Source of the DNA: a virus | Taxonomy: Duplodnaviria; Caudoviricetes | Length of the DNA stretch: 64,000 bases | IMG/VR virus record: IMGVR_UViG_3300007177_000042 | Strand: one strand, 5' to 3' | Shown: one piece after another, positions 29,876 to 38,204 of the stretch | Position numbering within the stretch: the first letter of the stretch is position 1 | Layout: each line of letters starts with the position of its first letter | Position numbers and translations under genes: made by a program | Notes under the pieces: model-generated | The model's input: only the letters and a program-made list of their open reading frames with translations | Database searches by the model: none | Told to the model about the DNA's origin: nothing

Positions 29876-29904
29876 TTGACATTATAACAAGTATCTGTTA
29901 GAAT
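29876..29904 (+). promoter_or_regulatory. Sigma70-type promoter TTGACA-N17-TAGAAT with extended -10 TG
   Basis: Consensus -35, 17-nt spacer, TGnTAGAAT. Confidence 0.8.
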
Positions 29905-29957
29905 ATATAATGTAGGTTAGAAATACTAAAAACTAAAACTAAACAAAGGAATACAAA

Positions 29958-30356
29958 ATGAAAAAGACAAATCGTAAGAACAAGACCAACCTCGTTGTCA
30001 ACTGGCCGACTGGCTGGTTTACCGTGGATTCTCTGTTGTCCCAGAATTCAGAGTTTGAGAAGATTACTCTTCGTGTCCGAGTTAAGAAGGCATTGGAAGA
30101 TAAGAATATCGGTATGATCGGTACCCTAAAGGGAGCCAAGGGCCGTCCGAAGCTTGTGTTTGCTACACTTCCGGTGTCTCAAGAGACTTTGATTGATGCC
30201 AAGACCGCTGGCACAATTCTCGATAATGATACCACTAATGTTATGCCAGTCGTTGATGTTAAGTCTTCGTCCGAGACCCCCGATGTTGTTAGTGAGTTTA
30301 CCGAAGGAACATCTGCTGAAGTTGAGGAATCGGCTGATAATCAAGTTCATGCCTGA
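29958..30356 (+). CDS. Putative winged-helix DNA-binding early protein
   Basis: FTVDSLL...ITLRVRVKKALED...GAKGRPKLVF pattern, acidic tail, AAGGA upstream. Confidence 0.45.
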   Translation: MKKTNRKNKTNLVVNWPTGWFTVDSLLSQNSEFEKITLRVRVKKALEDKNIGMIGTLKGAKGRPKLVFATLPVSQETLIDAKTAGTILDNDTTNVMPVVDVKSSSETPDVVSEFTEGTSAEVEESADNQVHA

Positions 30357-30385
30357 TGTGTATGAAGAAGAAAAAGGTGCCATGT

Positions 30386-30541
30386 ATGAATCAAAAGATT
30401 GTCATATATGGCATCTTTTCTTTGCGCAAAAATAAACTCATAAAGGTCGATTTGTCCCGTAAAAAGATCGAAAATGAGTTTGATTTGTCTATGTATAGTG
30501 ACGAACAATACCGTATTTGTAAAATTGAAGTCACTATATGA
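30386..30541 (+). CDS. Small hypothetical protein (MNQKIVIYGIF...)
   Basis: AAGGTG upstream of ATG 30386; ATGA overlap with the next gene. Confidence 0.45.
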   Translation: MNQKIVIYGIFSLRKNKLIKVDLSRKKIENEFDLSMYSDEQYRICKIEVTI

Positions 30542-30819
30542 AAAAATACCACTACATAGAGTTGATTAAGGGACAGGCCTATTTGTTGTATGATGCTACA
30601 ACATCAAAAGACTTCTTCGATACCAAATCGATCATAGCAATCGGAGACGAACGAACAGTAAAAAACGAAATCAAAAAACTTTCGGGTGACTGTGTGTTCA
30701 TGTACTATCAACTTAAAGACGTAAAGTTGGCAAAGGACGGATCTATATTTCAGTTGGATTTCAAAAAATACCTTACTAAAAACTTTACCGAATATAAACC
30801 GGAAGAAAAGACTAAATGA
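30538..30819 (+). CDS. Hypothetical protein
   Basis: 93 aa, ATGA overlaps on both sides. Confidence 0.55.
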   Translation: MKKYHYIELIKGQAYLLYDATTSKDFFDTKSIIAIGDERTVKNEIKKLSGDCVFMYYQLKDVKLAKDGSIFQLDFKKYLTKNFTEYKPEEKTK

Positions 30820-32000
30820 GCGCTGCACACGAATTTTTTGACATAGACGAGTTTGATTTCGAGGCGGAAAAGAAAAAGTTTGTAGATAATATGAACTTTT
30901 TGAAATCTATGAGCGTCGAAGAAGCCACGTTTTACAAAAAATATGAAGAAGTACAGGGATATCGTTCGTATGTTTCACGTAGTTCTTTGGTAAAAGCCAA
31001 AATCTGGACTCCTACAGACATAAATAACGAAGAACTTACACTCAAAGAGTTGGATGCTATCAACCCAACTGTAGTTCATGTAACCACCGATGACCAAGAG
31101 TTTGATTGGCTGATGTTACGAGTGTTTTGTCACACAATGGAGTTCAGTCAAACGCCTGGTCGTTTTCTTAAGTTTCTGATTACAGATGGAAATGCCGATT
31201 CACCACGATACTTGGGTGCTGTATCAGTTTCAAGTGACGTTATTACAATTACAGACCGTGATACGTACATTGGGTGGACACCTGAAAACAAATTAGAAGG
31301 TAAAAAACTGGTTCATAGTGCAATTGGAAGTTGTATTATGAGCACGCAACCATTTGGATACAATTTTCTAGGTGGTAAATTGGTAGCATGTTTGGTGACT
31401 TCGGGTGTTGTAAGAGATGTTTGGAAAAAACTGTACGATCAAACGTTGGTGGGTATGACAACAACCAGTTTGTATGGCAGTTATAGCATGTACAATAGTC
31501 TAAAGTGGTGGCACAAGTGTGGATCCAGTGCTGGAAAAATCCCTATCAAGCCAGATGATAATGTTTACAAAATTTGGCATGATTATATCAAGGAAAATAG
31601 AAAAGAAGAGTATAACAAAAAAATGACCCAAAAGGAGAATGTATCAGGACCAGTAACAGGTGCTAAACAACGGGTCATTAGTATGATTTTTCAGACGTTG
31701 AACCTGAAAACACAAGAATATGTTCACGGTTACGAACGAGGAGTGTACTACAGTTCGTTTTATAATAACACCAAAGATTATTTGTGTGGTAAAATAACAG
31801 AGGATAAACTGGTTATGAAACCACTTTTCGCTGAAGACACTAAATCGATTGTTGATTGGTGGAAACCAAAAGCTAAAGATCGTTATTTGAAGTTAAAAAG
31901 CGAAGGAAATCTTAAAACGGACGTTCTTTTCTATAATAGAATGATTGGAATGTCATATGATGATGCTAAAAACAACTTTTTTAACGAAGTTGGTCGATAA
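30816..32000 (+). CDS. DUF4338 (Druantia DruA-like) domain protein
   Basis: PGRFLKFLI...YLGAVSV..D.....RDTYIGW, STQPFGYNFLGGKLVA, TTTSLYG...YN pattern. Confidence 0.7.
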   Translation: MSAAHEFFDIDEFDFEAEKKKFVDNMNFLKSMSVEEATFYKKYEEVQGYRSYVSRSSLVKAKIWTPTDINNEELTLKELDAINPTVVHVTTDDQEFDWLMLRVFCHTMEFSQTPGRFLKFLITDGNADSPRYLGAVSVSSDVITITDRDTYIGWTPENKLEGKKLVHSAIGSCIMSTQPFGYNFLGGKLVACLVTSGVVRDVWKKLYDQTLVGMTTTSLYGSYSMYNSLKWWHKCGSSAGKIPIKPDDNVYKIWHDYIKENRKEEYNKKMTQKENVSGPVTGAKQRVISMIFQTLNLKTQEYVHGYERGVYYSSFYNNTKDYLCGKITEDKLVMKPLFAEDTKSIVDWWKPKAKDRYLKLKSEGNLKTDVLFYNRMIGMSYDDAKNNFFNEVGR

Positions 32001-32031
32001 CTCTATATTTATACCCTGACTAAAGAAGGGT

Positions 32032-32676
32032 TTGTCTGTGTTAGATTTTATAGCATACAATCGAATCAATACGTTTGTGAATAAATTGGTAACTGTTTCT
32101 GAAACGGTTACTGATGCAAACTATATTGATAATTCTCCTAACGGCATTTTCACCGGACCTAAAGGTACAATTCTTCAAAAACGAGGAAATGTACTGTCTT
32201 ATAAGTACCCAACAGACGTAAACTATACTGTTTTGAATTATGCTAGTAATAGTATAGGTAATTTGTTAAACAAATACGCTGTAATTCTTAATAGAGGTGT
32301 AAATAAAAACGTTACATGGATCAAACAAGATTCTGAAAACGGAACAAAATGGAAAAACCAAGGAACTTCCAACACAGATTGTCAAATTTGTGAAGTTATT
32401 GTTCCGACATCTCCATGTTTGACGCCGGTAATCACTTATTTTGGTCCTCCAGCACCAACAAATCCTACTCCAATTCCACCTACACCGGGATGTACTAATA
32501 TAAATTGTTTGTATGTGGACTATCTTACAGCAAATAACTTGGTTGTAATTAGTGAAAAATGTGAACCGGGCCCCGGAACGCCTGGCACATTTGGTGAAAT
32601 CGTTATTTGTGAAAATTATATCTACGTCTACGACGGTGTGAAGTGGAAACGTACTGAACTTTCAGTTTATTATTAA
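32032..32676 (+). CDS. Probable virion fibre/decoration protein
   Basis: SPNGIFTGPKGT motif, Pro-rich linker, C-terminal GTFGEIVICENYIYVYDGVKWKRTEL; TATTTATA at 32006-32013. Confidence 0.5.
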   Translation: MSVLDFIAYNRINTFVNKLVTVSETVTDANYIDNSPNGIFTGPKGTILQKRGNVLSYKYPTDVNYTVLNYASNSIGNLLNKYAVILNRGVNKNVTWIKQDSENGTKWKNQGTSNTDCQICEVIVPTSPCLTPVITYFGPPAPTNPTPIPPTPGCTNINCLYVDYLTANNLVVISEKCEPGPGTPGTFGEIVICENYIYVYDGVKWKRTELSVYY

Positions 32677-32681
32677 AGATC

Positions 32682-32710
32682 TTTACCTTTACCCATTTCT
32701 GTGGTATAGT
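32682..32710 (+). promoter_or_regulatory. Sigma70-type promoter TTTACC-N17-TATAGT with extended -10, leaderless
   Basis: TGgTATAGT; ATG 32717 lies 6 nt after the -10 box. Confidence 0.7.
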
Positions 32711-32716
32711 AAGTCC

Positions 32717-33646
32717 ATGAAAAATATCAAATTTGGACTTTGTTGCATTTCTCTTCAACTTCAAGAACAAGGCATCAAAAGTTCTACAATGACTAAAACT
32801 CGATTTTTGCAATTGGACCGCAAAAATGCAGAATCAATTGTTGCGGATCGTACACTCAACAACGTTTATGTTACACGACGTACTGTTGAACTGTGCGCAG
32901 CCAAAGGGTGGAACTATCGTGTCAGTAGCGGTATGATGCCGTTGGAAACATTGCCAGACGCCAATTTGGTATTGGAAAATTGCTACAATTTCGATAAGAT
33001 TAAACGAGAGTTCGATCTTGCATCACAGATTATCAAACAACATAATATTCGTTGTAGTACACATCCCGATCAGTTTGTCGTACCAGCCAGTGGTAATCCT
33101 TCTGTAGTACAAAAGTCTATTGTTGAGTTGGAAGCTCATTCCAAAATGATGGATTATCTTGGTCTTCCTCAAAGTTACGACTCACCCATCAACATTCATA
33201 TGAATTGTTTCAAGGGTGCTGATTTAAAAGACATTGCAAAACGTTTTATTGACGTATACAACGCTTTTTCTGTAGGAGTGAGGAATAGACTGGTGTTGGA
33301 AAATGAAGACAAGCCTAATAGCTGGAATGTAGAACAGTTGTATGAACACATTTATTCACAGACCGGTATTCCTATTACTTACGACAATCTACATCACCGT
33401 TGCAATCCCGGTAAACAGACTGCCCAAGAAGCATATGATATGGCACGATCTACGTGGGCAACTTCTATTCCTCTATTTCATTTTAGCGGAAACGATGTAA
33501 CCAACACCAATCCCCGTGCTCATGCTGATTATGTTTCTCAATTTCCACATGAGTACAAAAACGAATTCAAACCTTTACATTTGGAAATGGAATTCAAAGC
33601 AAAAGATTATGCCATTGATAAGTTTTTGAAGGAAACATCTGCGTAA
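32717..33646 (+). CDS. uvsE: UV-damage endonuclease
   Basis: FGLCCIS, YRVSSGMMP, STHPDQFVV, INIH, LVLENEDK, ITYDNLHH, PLFHFS, RAHADY, EMEFKAKD. Confidence 0.92.
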   Translation: MKNIKFGLCCISLQLQEQGIKSSTMTKTRFLQLDRKNAESIVADRTLNNVYVTRRTVELCAAKGWNYRVSSGMMPLETLPDANLVLENCYNFDKIKREFDLASQIIKQHNIRCSTHPDQFVVPASGNPSVVQKSIVELEAHSKMMDYLGLPQSYDSPINIHMNCFKGADLKDIAKRFIDVYNAFSVGVRNRLVLENEDKPNSWNVEQLYEHIYSQTGIPITYDNLHHRCNPGKQTAQEAYDMARSTWATSIPLFHFSGNDVTNTNPRAHADYVSQFPHEYKNEFKPLHLEMEFKAKDYAIDKFLKETSA

Positions 33647-33663
33647 TAAAATAACACTTTTCA

Positions 33664-33691
33664 TTGACATATATGGTATATATGTTATGAT
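33664..33691 (+). promoter_or_regulatory. Sigma70-type promoter TTGACA-N16-TATGAT with a palindrome in the spacer
   Basis: Consensus -35, TGtTATGAT; ACATATAT-GGT-ATATATGT at 33667-33685. Confidence 0.65.
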
Positions 33692-33741
33692 ATTAGGAGT
33701 TAGTAAAAAACACTAACAAAAAATCAATAAAACAAAAAGTT

Positions 33742-33975
33742 ATGAAGATCAATACACAAAATAGACGACACATTATTCAGTCAACCACCGCCGGCCTCGC
33801 TGCACAATTTGTTGTGCCAGTCGCCGGTGCCCACCGTGCTACCACTCTTACGATCCGTACCGGAAATCGTTCGGTAGCACTCAATGGCCGCCAAGTTCGT
33901 GCTTTGCGTGATGTTCTTGCTAAGAGCACCGAGTTGGTTCGTGGGACGAGTAAGACACGTTCGTCTAAGCGTTAA
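33742..33975 (+). CDS. Small basic early protein
   Basis: 77 aa, Arg-rich, higher GC than flanks, own promoter and A-rich leader. Confidence 0.6.
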   Translation: MKINTQNRRHIIQSTTAGLAAQFVVPVAGAHRATTLTIRTGNRSVALNGRQVRALRDVLAKSTELVRGTSKTRSSKR

Positions 33976-33992
33976 TAAGGGGGTGAATATTT

Positions 33993-34130
33993 ATGGGTAA
34001 AACATACAGACGTGATTCTGATTCGTTTGACAGACTTCGTAAGAAGTCCAAAACGAACAAGAATTCAAACAAGTCTAAGCCTAAGTTCGATAAGAACAAG
34101 GCATATGAACCAGTAGAATCCGAAGAATAA
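33993..34130 (+). CDS. 45-aa basic protein missing from the ORF track (MGKTYRRDSDSFDRLRKKSKTNKNSNKSKPKFDKNKAYEPVESEE)
   Basis: Fills the gap exactly; AAGGGGGTG 5 nt upstream; stop abuts the next ATG. Confidence 0.65.
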   Translation: MGKTYRRDSDSFDRLRKKSKTNKNSNKSKPKFDKNKAYEPVESEE

Positions 34131-34131
34131 A

Positions 34132-34410
34132 ATGTTCAAAAAAGCAATATTATGGTCGTATATAGTATTGGCTTTATTTACCTATAAATTTCCGATATTA
34201 GTGCCACTAAGTTTAATCTTAGTGGCATTTTCTTTTTATCATATGCATCGGATTTTATTGATGAATAAAGACATAATCGACCAAAACACAGACGATGTTA
34301 ATCGTAGTATAACATCTTTACTTAACAATCAGAAAACCATACAATCTGACCTTAGAAAACTCAAATCATATACCGAGAAAAATGGCAAAAAAAGCGACAA
34401 CAAAAACTAA
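34132..34410 (+). CDS. Small membrane protein with coiled-coil tail
   Basis: Hydrophobic N-terminal ~40 aa then heptad segment. Confidence 0.55.
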   Translation: MFKKAILWSYIVLALFTYKFPILVPLSLILVAFSFYHMHRILLMNKDIIDQNTDDVNRSITSLLNNQKTIQSDLRKLKSYTEKNGKKSDNKN

Positions 34411-34894
34411 GAAGGTTCAGGTCGATGAAAGTGGTAATCCGATACCAAAAGCACTGGGTCTATTTGACCATGTGAATCATATACGTAAAGTCCAATCACT
34501 AGATTATTACGACACATTGTCTGATGTGGACAAAAAATCGTTTAATCATTTTATGATTTTGAGGACTTTATCGATGGACAGAAGTTCTATAGATTCGATT
34601 TCAAGTATAGCAAAATATCAATCTATAGTTCCCTCTAGAAATTTTTACATGTTGTGTACTGCTGTTACTAATCAAACTAATACCTATTTTCCTTATATCA
34701 AATCGTCTGCCAAATCGTTTAGTGATAAATTGATAGAATTGGTATCAAAAAAGTTTGAAGTGTCTACATTTGAAGCCAAAGAATATTGCAGAATTTATAT
34801 GAAAGATGAATCGGGTGTTAACGAGCTTCGACTCATATGTAAAGGGTACGGATTAACAGATAAAGAAGTTGATCAAGCAATGAAATATGAGTAA
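34382..34894 (+). CDS. Clamp-loader small subunit (T4 gp62-like)
   Basis: LFDHVNHI, FNHFMILRTLSM, YFPYIK, LIELVSKKFEVSTFEAKEY align by eye with gp62 blocks (FFEIIGAI, YSKFMVENALS, YGKWAK, IKLLAKRYQVNTNDAINY). Confidence 0.75.
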   Translation: MAKKATTKTKKVQVDESGNPIPKALGLFDHVNHIRKVQSLDYYDTLSDVDKKSFNHFMILRTLSMDRSSIDSISSIAKYQSIVPSRNFYMLCTAVTNQTNTYFPYIKSSAKSFSDKLIELVSKKFEVSTFEAKEYCRIYMKDESGVNELRLICKGYGLTDKEVDQAMKYE

Positions 34895-35549
34895 ACGTTA
34901 TATTGGAATTTCAGGTGTAGCAAGATCTGGTAAAAACCTATTTTGTGACATATCAAAAAATATACTGACCGAGAAGTATGGAGTCACATGTAACTCCTAC
35001 GCATTGGCATTTTATCTAAAGAACGATTGTCGTGAGTTTATCAAAGACAAACTCGGATTGGATGTTTTCACCGAAAATACCGATGAAAAGAAAATTTTCA
35101 GAGAAATGCTTGTTTGGTATGGTGACGTAAAACGTAAACAGTCTAACGGTCGTTATTGGACGGAAAAGTTACAAGCTGATATTGAAAAGGACAATTCGGA
35201 TGTTATCTTTATTACAGACATTCGTTATGATTTTTATCCAAAAGATGAAGTATACTGGATTAAGAAAGACCTAAATGGAACTTTGATTCACGTATCCAAA
35301 TATACATATGGATTTCCTCCGGACGGTCGTCGTATTCGTAGTGATGTAGCTGACACACAACAAAAAATTTGGGTTGAACCTGCCAACGATCATGAACGTT
35401 GGAACGATCCAAAAGTTAAAGCAGCTGCAGATTATACTGTTGCGTGGCCACATATAAAATCAGATGGGAAGACATATGATGATATTGTTAGGGACGAGTA
35501 TCTTAATACATTGATTTCTCCTATTTACGAACGAATATTTGGAAAATGA
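34887..35549 (+). CDS. Deoxynucleoside monophosphate kinase (T4 gp1-like)
   Basis: IGISGVARSGKN P-loop, FREMLVWYG..KR, FITDIRY. Confidence 0.8.
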   Translation: MSKRYIGISGVARSGKNLFCDISKNILTEKYGVTCNSYALAFYLKNDCREFIKDKLGLDVFTENTDEKKIFREMLVWYGDVKRKQSNGRYWTEKLQADIEKDNSDVIFITDIRYDFYPKDEVYWIKKDLNGTLIHVSKYTYGFPPDGRRIRSDVADTQQKIWVEPANDHERWNDPKVKAAADYTVAWPHIKSDGKTYDDIVRDEYLNTLISPIYERIFGK

Positions 35550-36385
35550 AAGGAATCATTCTATCAGGCGGCACTGGTTCTAGATTATATCCACTAACAA
35601 CGGTGGTCAATAAACAACTATTGCCTGTGTATGACAAACCAATGATATACTATCCTTTGTCTACACTTATATCGTGTGGGATAAAGGATATATGCATCAT
35701 TTCATCTTACGATTTTTTGCCTCTATATGAACGGTTGTTTGGCGACGGTAATAAACTTGGATTAAACTTGACATATAAAGTTCAACCAAAACCAGATGGT
35801 ATTGCCCAGTCTTTTATTATCGCTGAAGATTTTATCGGAGATGACAGTGTATCTTTGATTCTCGGTGATAATATTTTCCATGGGTTTAATCGAATGAGAG
35901 TCGATTTCACCGGTGCGGTTGTATTTGCTTACAAAGTCAATAATCCACAGGAATATGGTGTGGTTGAATTTAACGATGACGGTAAGGTTTTGTCCATTGA
36001 GGAAAAACCAACCTCACCTAAGACAAAATACGCCGTTCCTGGCCTATATTTCTACGACAACAGAGTCGTGAGTATAGCGAAACAACTAAAACCCTCTAAA
36101 CGAGGTGAACTAGAAATCACGGACATCAACCAAAAATATCTTGAAACCAACGATTTGAACGTGGTTAGGATGCCAAAAGGAACTGTTTGGCTGGATGCTG
36201 GTGTACCTTCTACTTTATCACAGGCAAGTAATTATGTACAAACAGTGCAAGAACGACAGGGGTGTAAAATAGCGTGTATTGAAGAAGATTGTTTGAATCA
36301 AGGGTTCATTGATAAAAAACAATTCAAGACGTTAATAAGCAAACTACCAAAATCGGAATATAGAACATACTTAGAATCTTTATGA
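35546..36385 (+). CDS. rmlA: Glucose-1-phosphate thymidylyltransferase
   Basis: KGIILSGGTGSRLYPLT, KQLLPVYDKPMIYYPL, LILGDNIF, RGELEITD, WLDAG. Confidence 0.95.
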   Translation: MKGIILSGGTGSRLYPLTTVVNKQLLPVYDKPMIYYPLSTLISCGIKDICIISSYDFLPLYERLFGDGNKLGLNLTYKVQPKPDGIAQSFIIAEDFIGDDSVSLILGDNIFHGFNRMRVDFTGAVVFAYKVNNPQEYGVVEFNDDGKVLSIEEKPTSPKTKYAVPGLYFYDNRVVSIAKQLKPSKRGELEITDINQKYLETNDLNVVRMPKGTVWLDAGVPSTLSQASNYVQTVQERQGCKIACIEEDCLNQGFIDKKQFKTLISKLPKSEYRTYLESL

Positions 36386-37248
36386 TATTATTACTTGGAT
36401 CAACGGGATATATTGGTACAGAATTTTATAGACAACTGTTTCAAAGGGGTATACCTACACGAAGTTGTACAGTACCCACAAAGGAATTGACGTTTAATCA
36501 GCTTAAAATGTTACACAAAACATTAAAATTGACAGCAGTTATTAACTGCGCTGGATATACCGGCAAACCAAACGTAGATGCTTGTGAGACTGACAAACAT
36601 AATGCGATATATGGAAACGTCGTTGTACCAGAAATGGTATCTATTTTTTGTGCTGATAACAACATCACGTTTGGACATGTATCATCTGGATGTATTTATA
36701 CGGGTCGTAGATTAGATGGACAACCATTTACAGAACATGATCGACCAAATTTTAGTTTTGAACAAAACAATTGTAGTTTTTATAGCGGAACTAAAGCTCT
36801 TGCAGAAGACATAATAAAGAAAAATGGAAACAAACATTATATATGGAGACTGCGTATACCATTTGAAGAGAAAAACAACTCTCGAAATTATTTGTCTAAA
36901 ATGTTGAATTACAAAAAACTTTTGGACGCAGAAAACTCTATATCTAATAAACAAGAATTTGTAAATGCTTGTATAGAAACATTGGTAAAAGAAGTTCCGT
37001 ATGGAATCTACAATGTTACAAACACTGGTTTTATAACCACCAAACATGTTATTCAAAAAATGCAAAATACAATCGCTAAAGACAAAGTGTTTGAATTTTT
37101 TGAAAATGAAGAAGACTTTTACAAGATCGCTGCAAAAACACCTAGATCAAATTGTGTGATGAGTAATAAAAAGTTATTGGATGCTGGTATTAAAATGCGA
37201 GATGTAGACGAAGCATTGGATTATTGTTTAACAAATTGGATCTCATGA
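36382..37248 (+). CDS. NDP-4-keto-6-deoxyglucose 3,5-epimerase/4-reductase-like (RmlD-superfamily SDR)
   Basis: GSTGYIG, NCAGYTGKPNVDACE, SSGCIY, SFYSGTK, LRIPF, RNYLSK. Confidence 0.8.
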   Translation: MILLLGSTGYIGTEFYRQLFQRGIPTRSCTVPTKELTFNQLKMLHKTLKLTAVINCAGYTGKPNVDACETDKHNAIYGNVVVPEMVSIFCADNNITFGHVSSGCIYTGRRLDGQPFTEHDRPNFSFEQNNCSFYSGTKALAEDIIKKNGNKHYIWRLRIPFEEKNNSRNYLSKMLNYKKLLDAENSISNKQEFVNACIETLVKEVPYGIYNVTNTGFITTKHVIQKMQNTIAKDKVFEFFENEEDFYKIAAKTPRSNCVMSNKKLLDAGIKMRDVDEALDYCLTNWIS

Positions 37249-38204
37249 ACTTGCTTGTTACCGGCGGATGTGGTTTTATAGGATCACATTTTATAGATGA
37301 AATGTTAAAACGTGACAATGTATATTCCATTGTGAATGTGGATAACATGTCGTATGCAGCCAATAAACAACTTTCATTTTCAAACAATGAAAGATATCAT
37401 CACTACAGTCTGGATATTTCTAAAAATCCAATTGATTTTTTGCTAAAATCGTATCATATCACCGACATAGTACATTTTGCGGCTGAAAGTCACGTTGATA
37501 ATAGCATCAATGATAGTGATCCTTTTATACAAACAAACATCGTTGGAACACACAAACTTTTGACAGATTGTTTGAAATATTCAAAGACGACGAACATTAG
37601 GTTTATTCATGTATCAACGGACGAAGTGTTTGGAAGTTTGGACTATACAGATGAACGATTCACTGTGCGTAGTCCATATAGACCAAACAGTCCATATGCA
37701 GCCAGTAAAGCTGCAAGTGATTTATTGGTAAGAAGTTTTGTAAGAACACACAGATTTCCAGCAATCATAACCAATTGTAGCAACAATTTTGGTCCTCGAC
37801 AACATAAAGAAAAGATGATACCAACGTGCATTCGGAATTTGAGAAATAAAACTCCGATTCCACTGTACGGAACCGGAACAAATATTCGTGATTGGATTTA
37901 CGTAAAAGATCATGTAAACATGTTGGTAAAAATACTTTATCAGGGAACAATTGGAAAACAATACTTAATAGGTGGTGATAATGAGATGACCAATATCCAA
38001 TTGATTACAGCGATAAAAGAACAATATTCATTGTTAACAGGTATTGATGTTGATTGGACATGGGTAAAATATGTGAATGATCGAAAGGGTCACGATTTGC
38101 GTTATGCGATTGATAATACCGATCTCATTGCAGAGTTTGGTGATCTTAATTATAACAACTTTACAAATGCGTTAAAGCAGACTATATTGTCGTATATATC
38201 ATGA
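37245..38204 (+). CDS. rmlB: dTDP-glucose 4,6-dehydratase (start ATG 37245)
   Basis: [72 protein letters not shown]. Confidence 0.95.
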   Translation: MNLLVTGGCGFIGSHFIDEMLKRDNVYSIVNVDNMSYAANKQLSFSNNERYHHYSLDISKNPIDFLLKSYHITDIVHFAAESHVDNSINDSDPFIQTNIVGTHKLLTDCLKYSKTTNIRFIHVSTDEVFGSLDYTDERFTVRSPYRPNSPYAASKAASDLLVRSFVRTHRFPAIITNCSNNFGPRQHKEKMIPTCIRNLRNKTPIPLYGTGTNIRDWIYVKDHVNMLVKILYQGTIGKQYLIGGDNEMTNIQLITAIKEQYSLLTGIDVDWTWVKYVNDRKGHDLRYAIDNTDLIAEFGDLNYNNFTNALKQTILSYIS

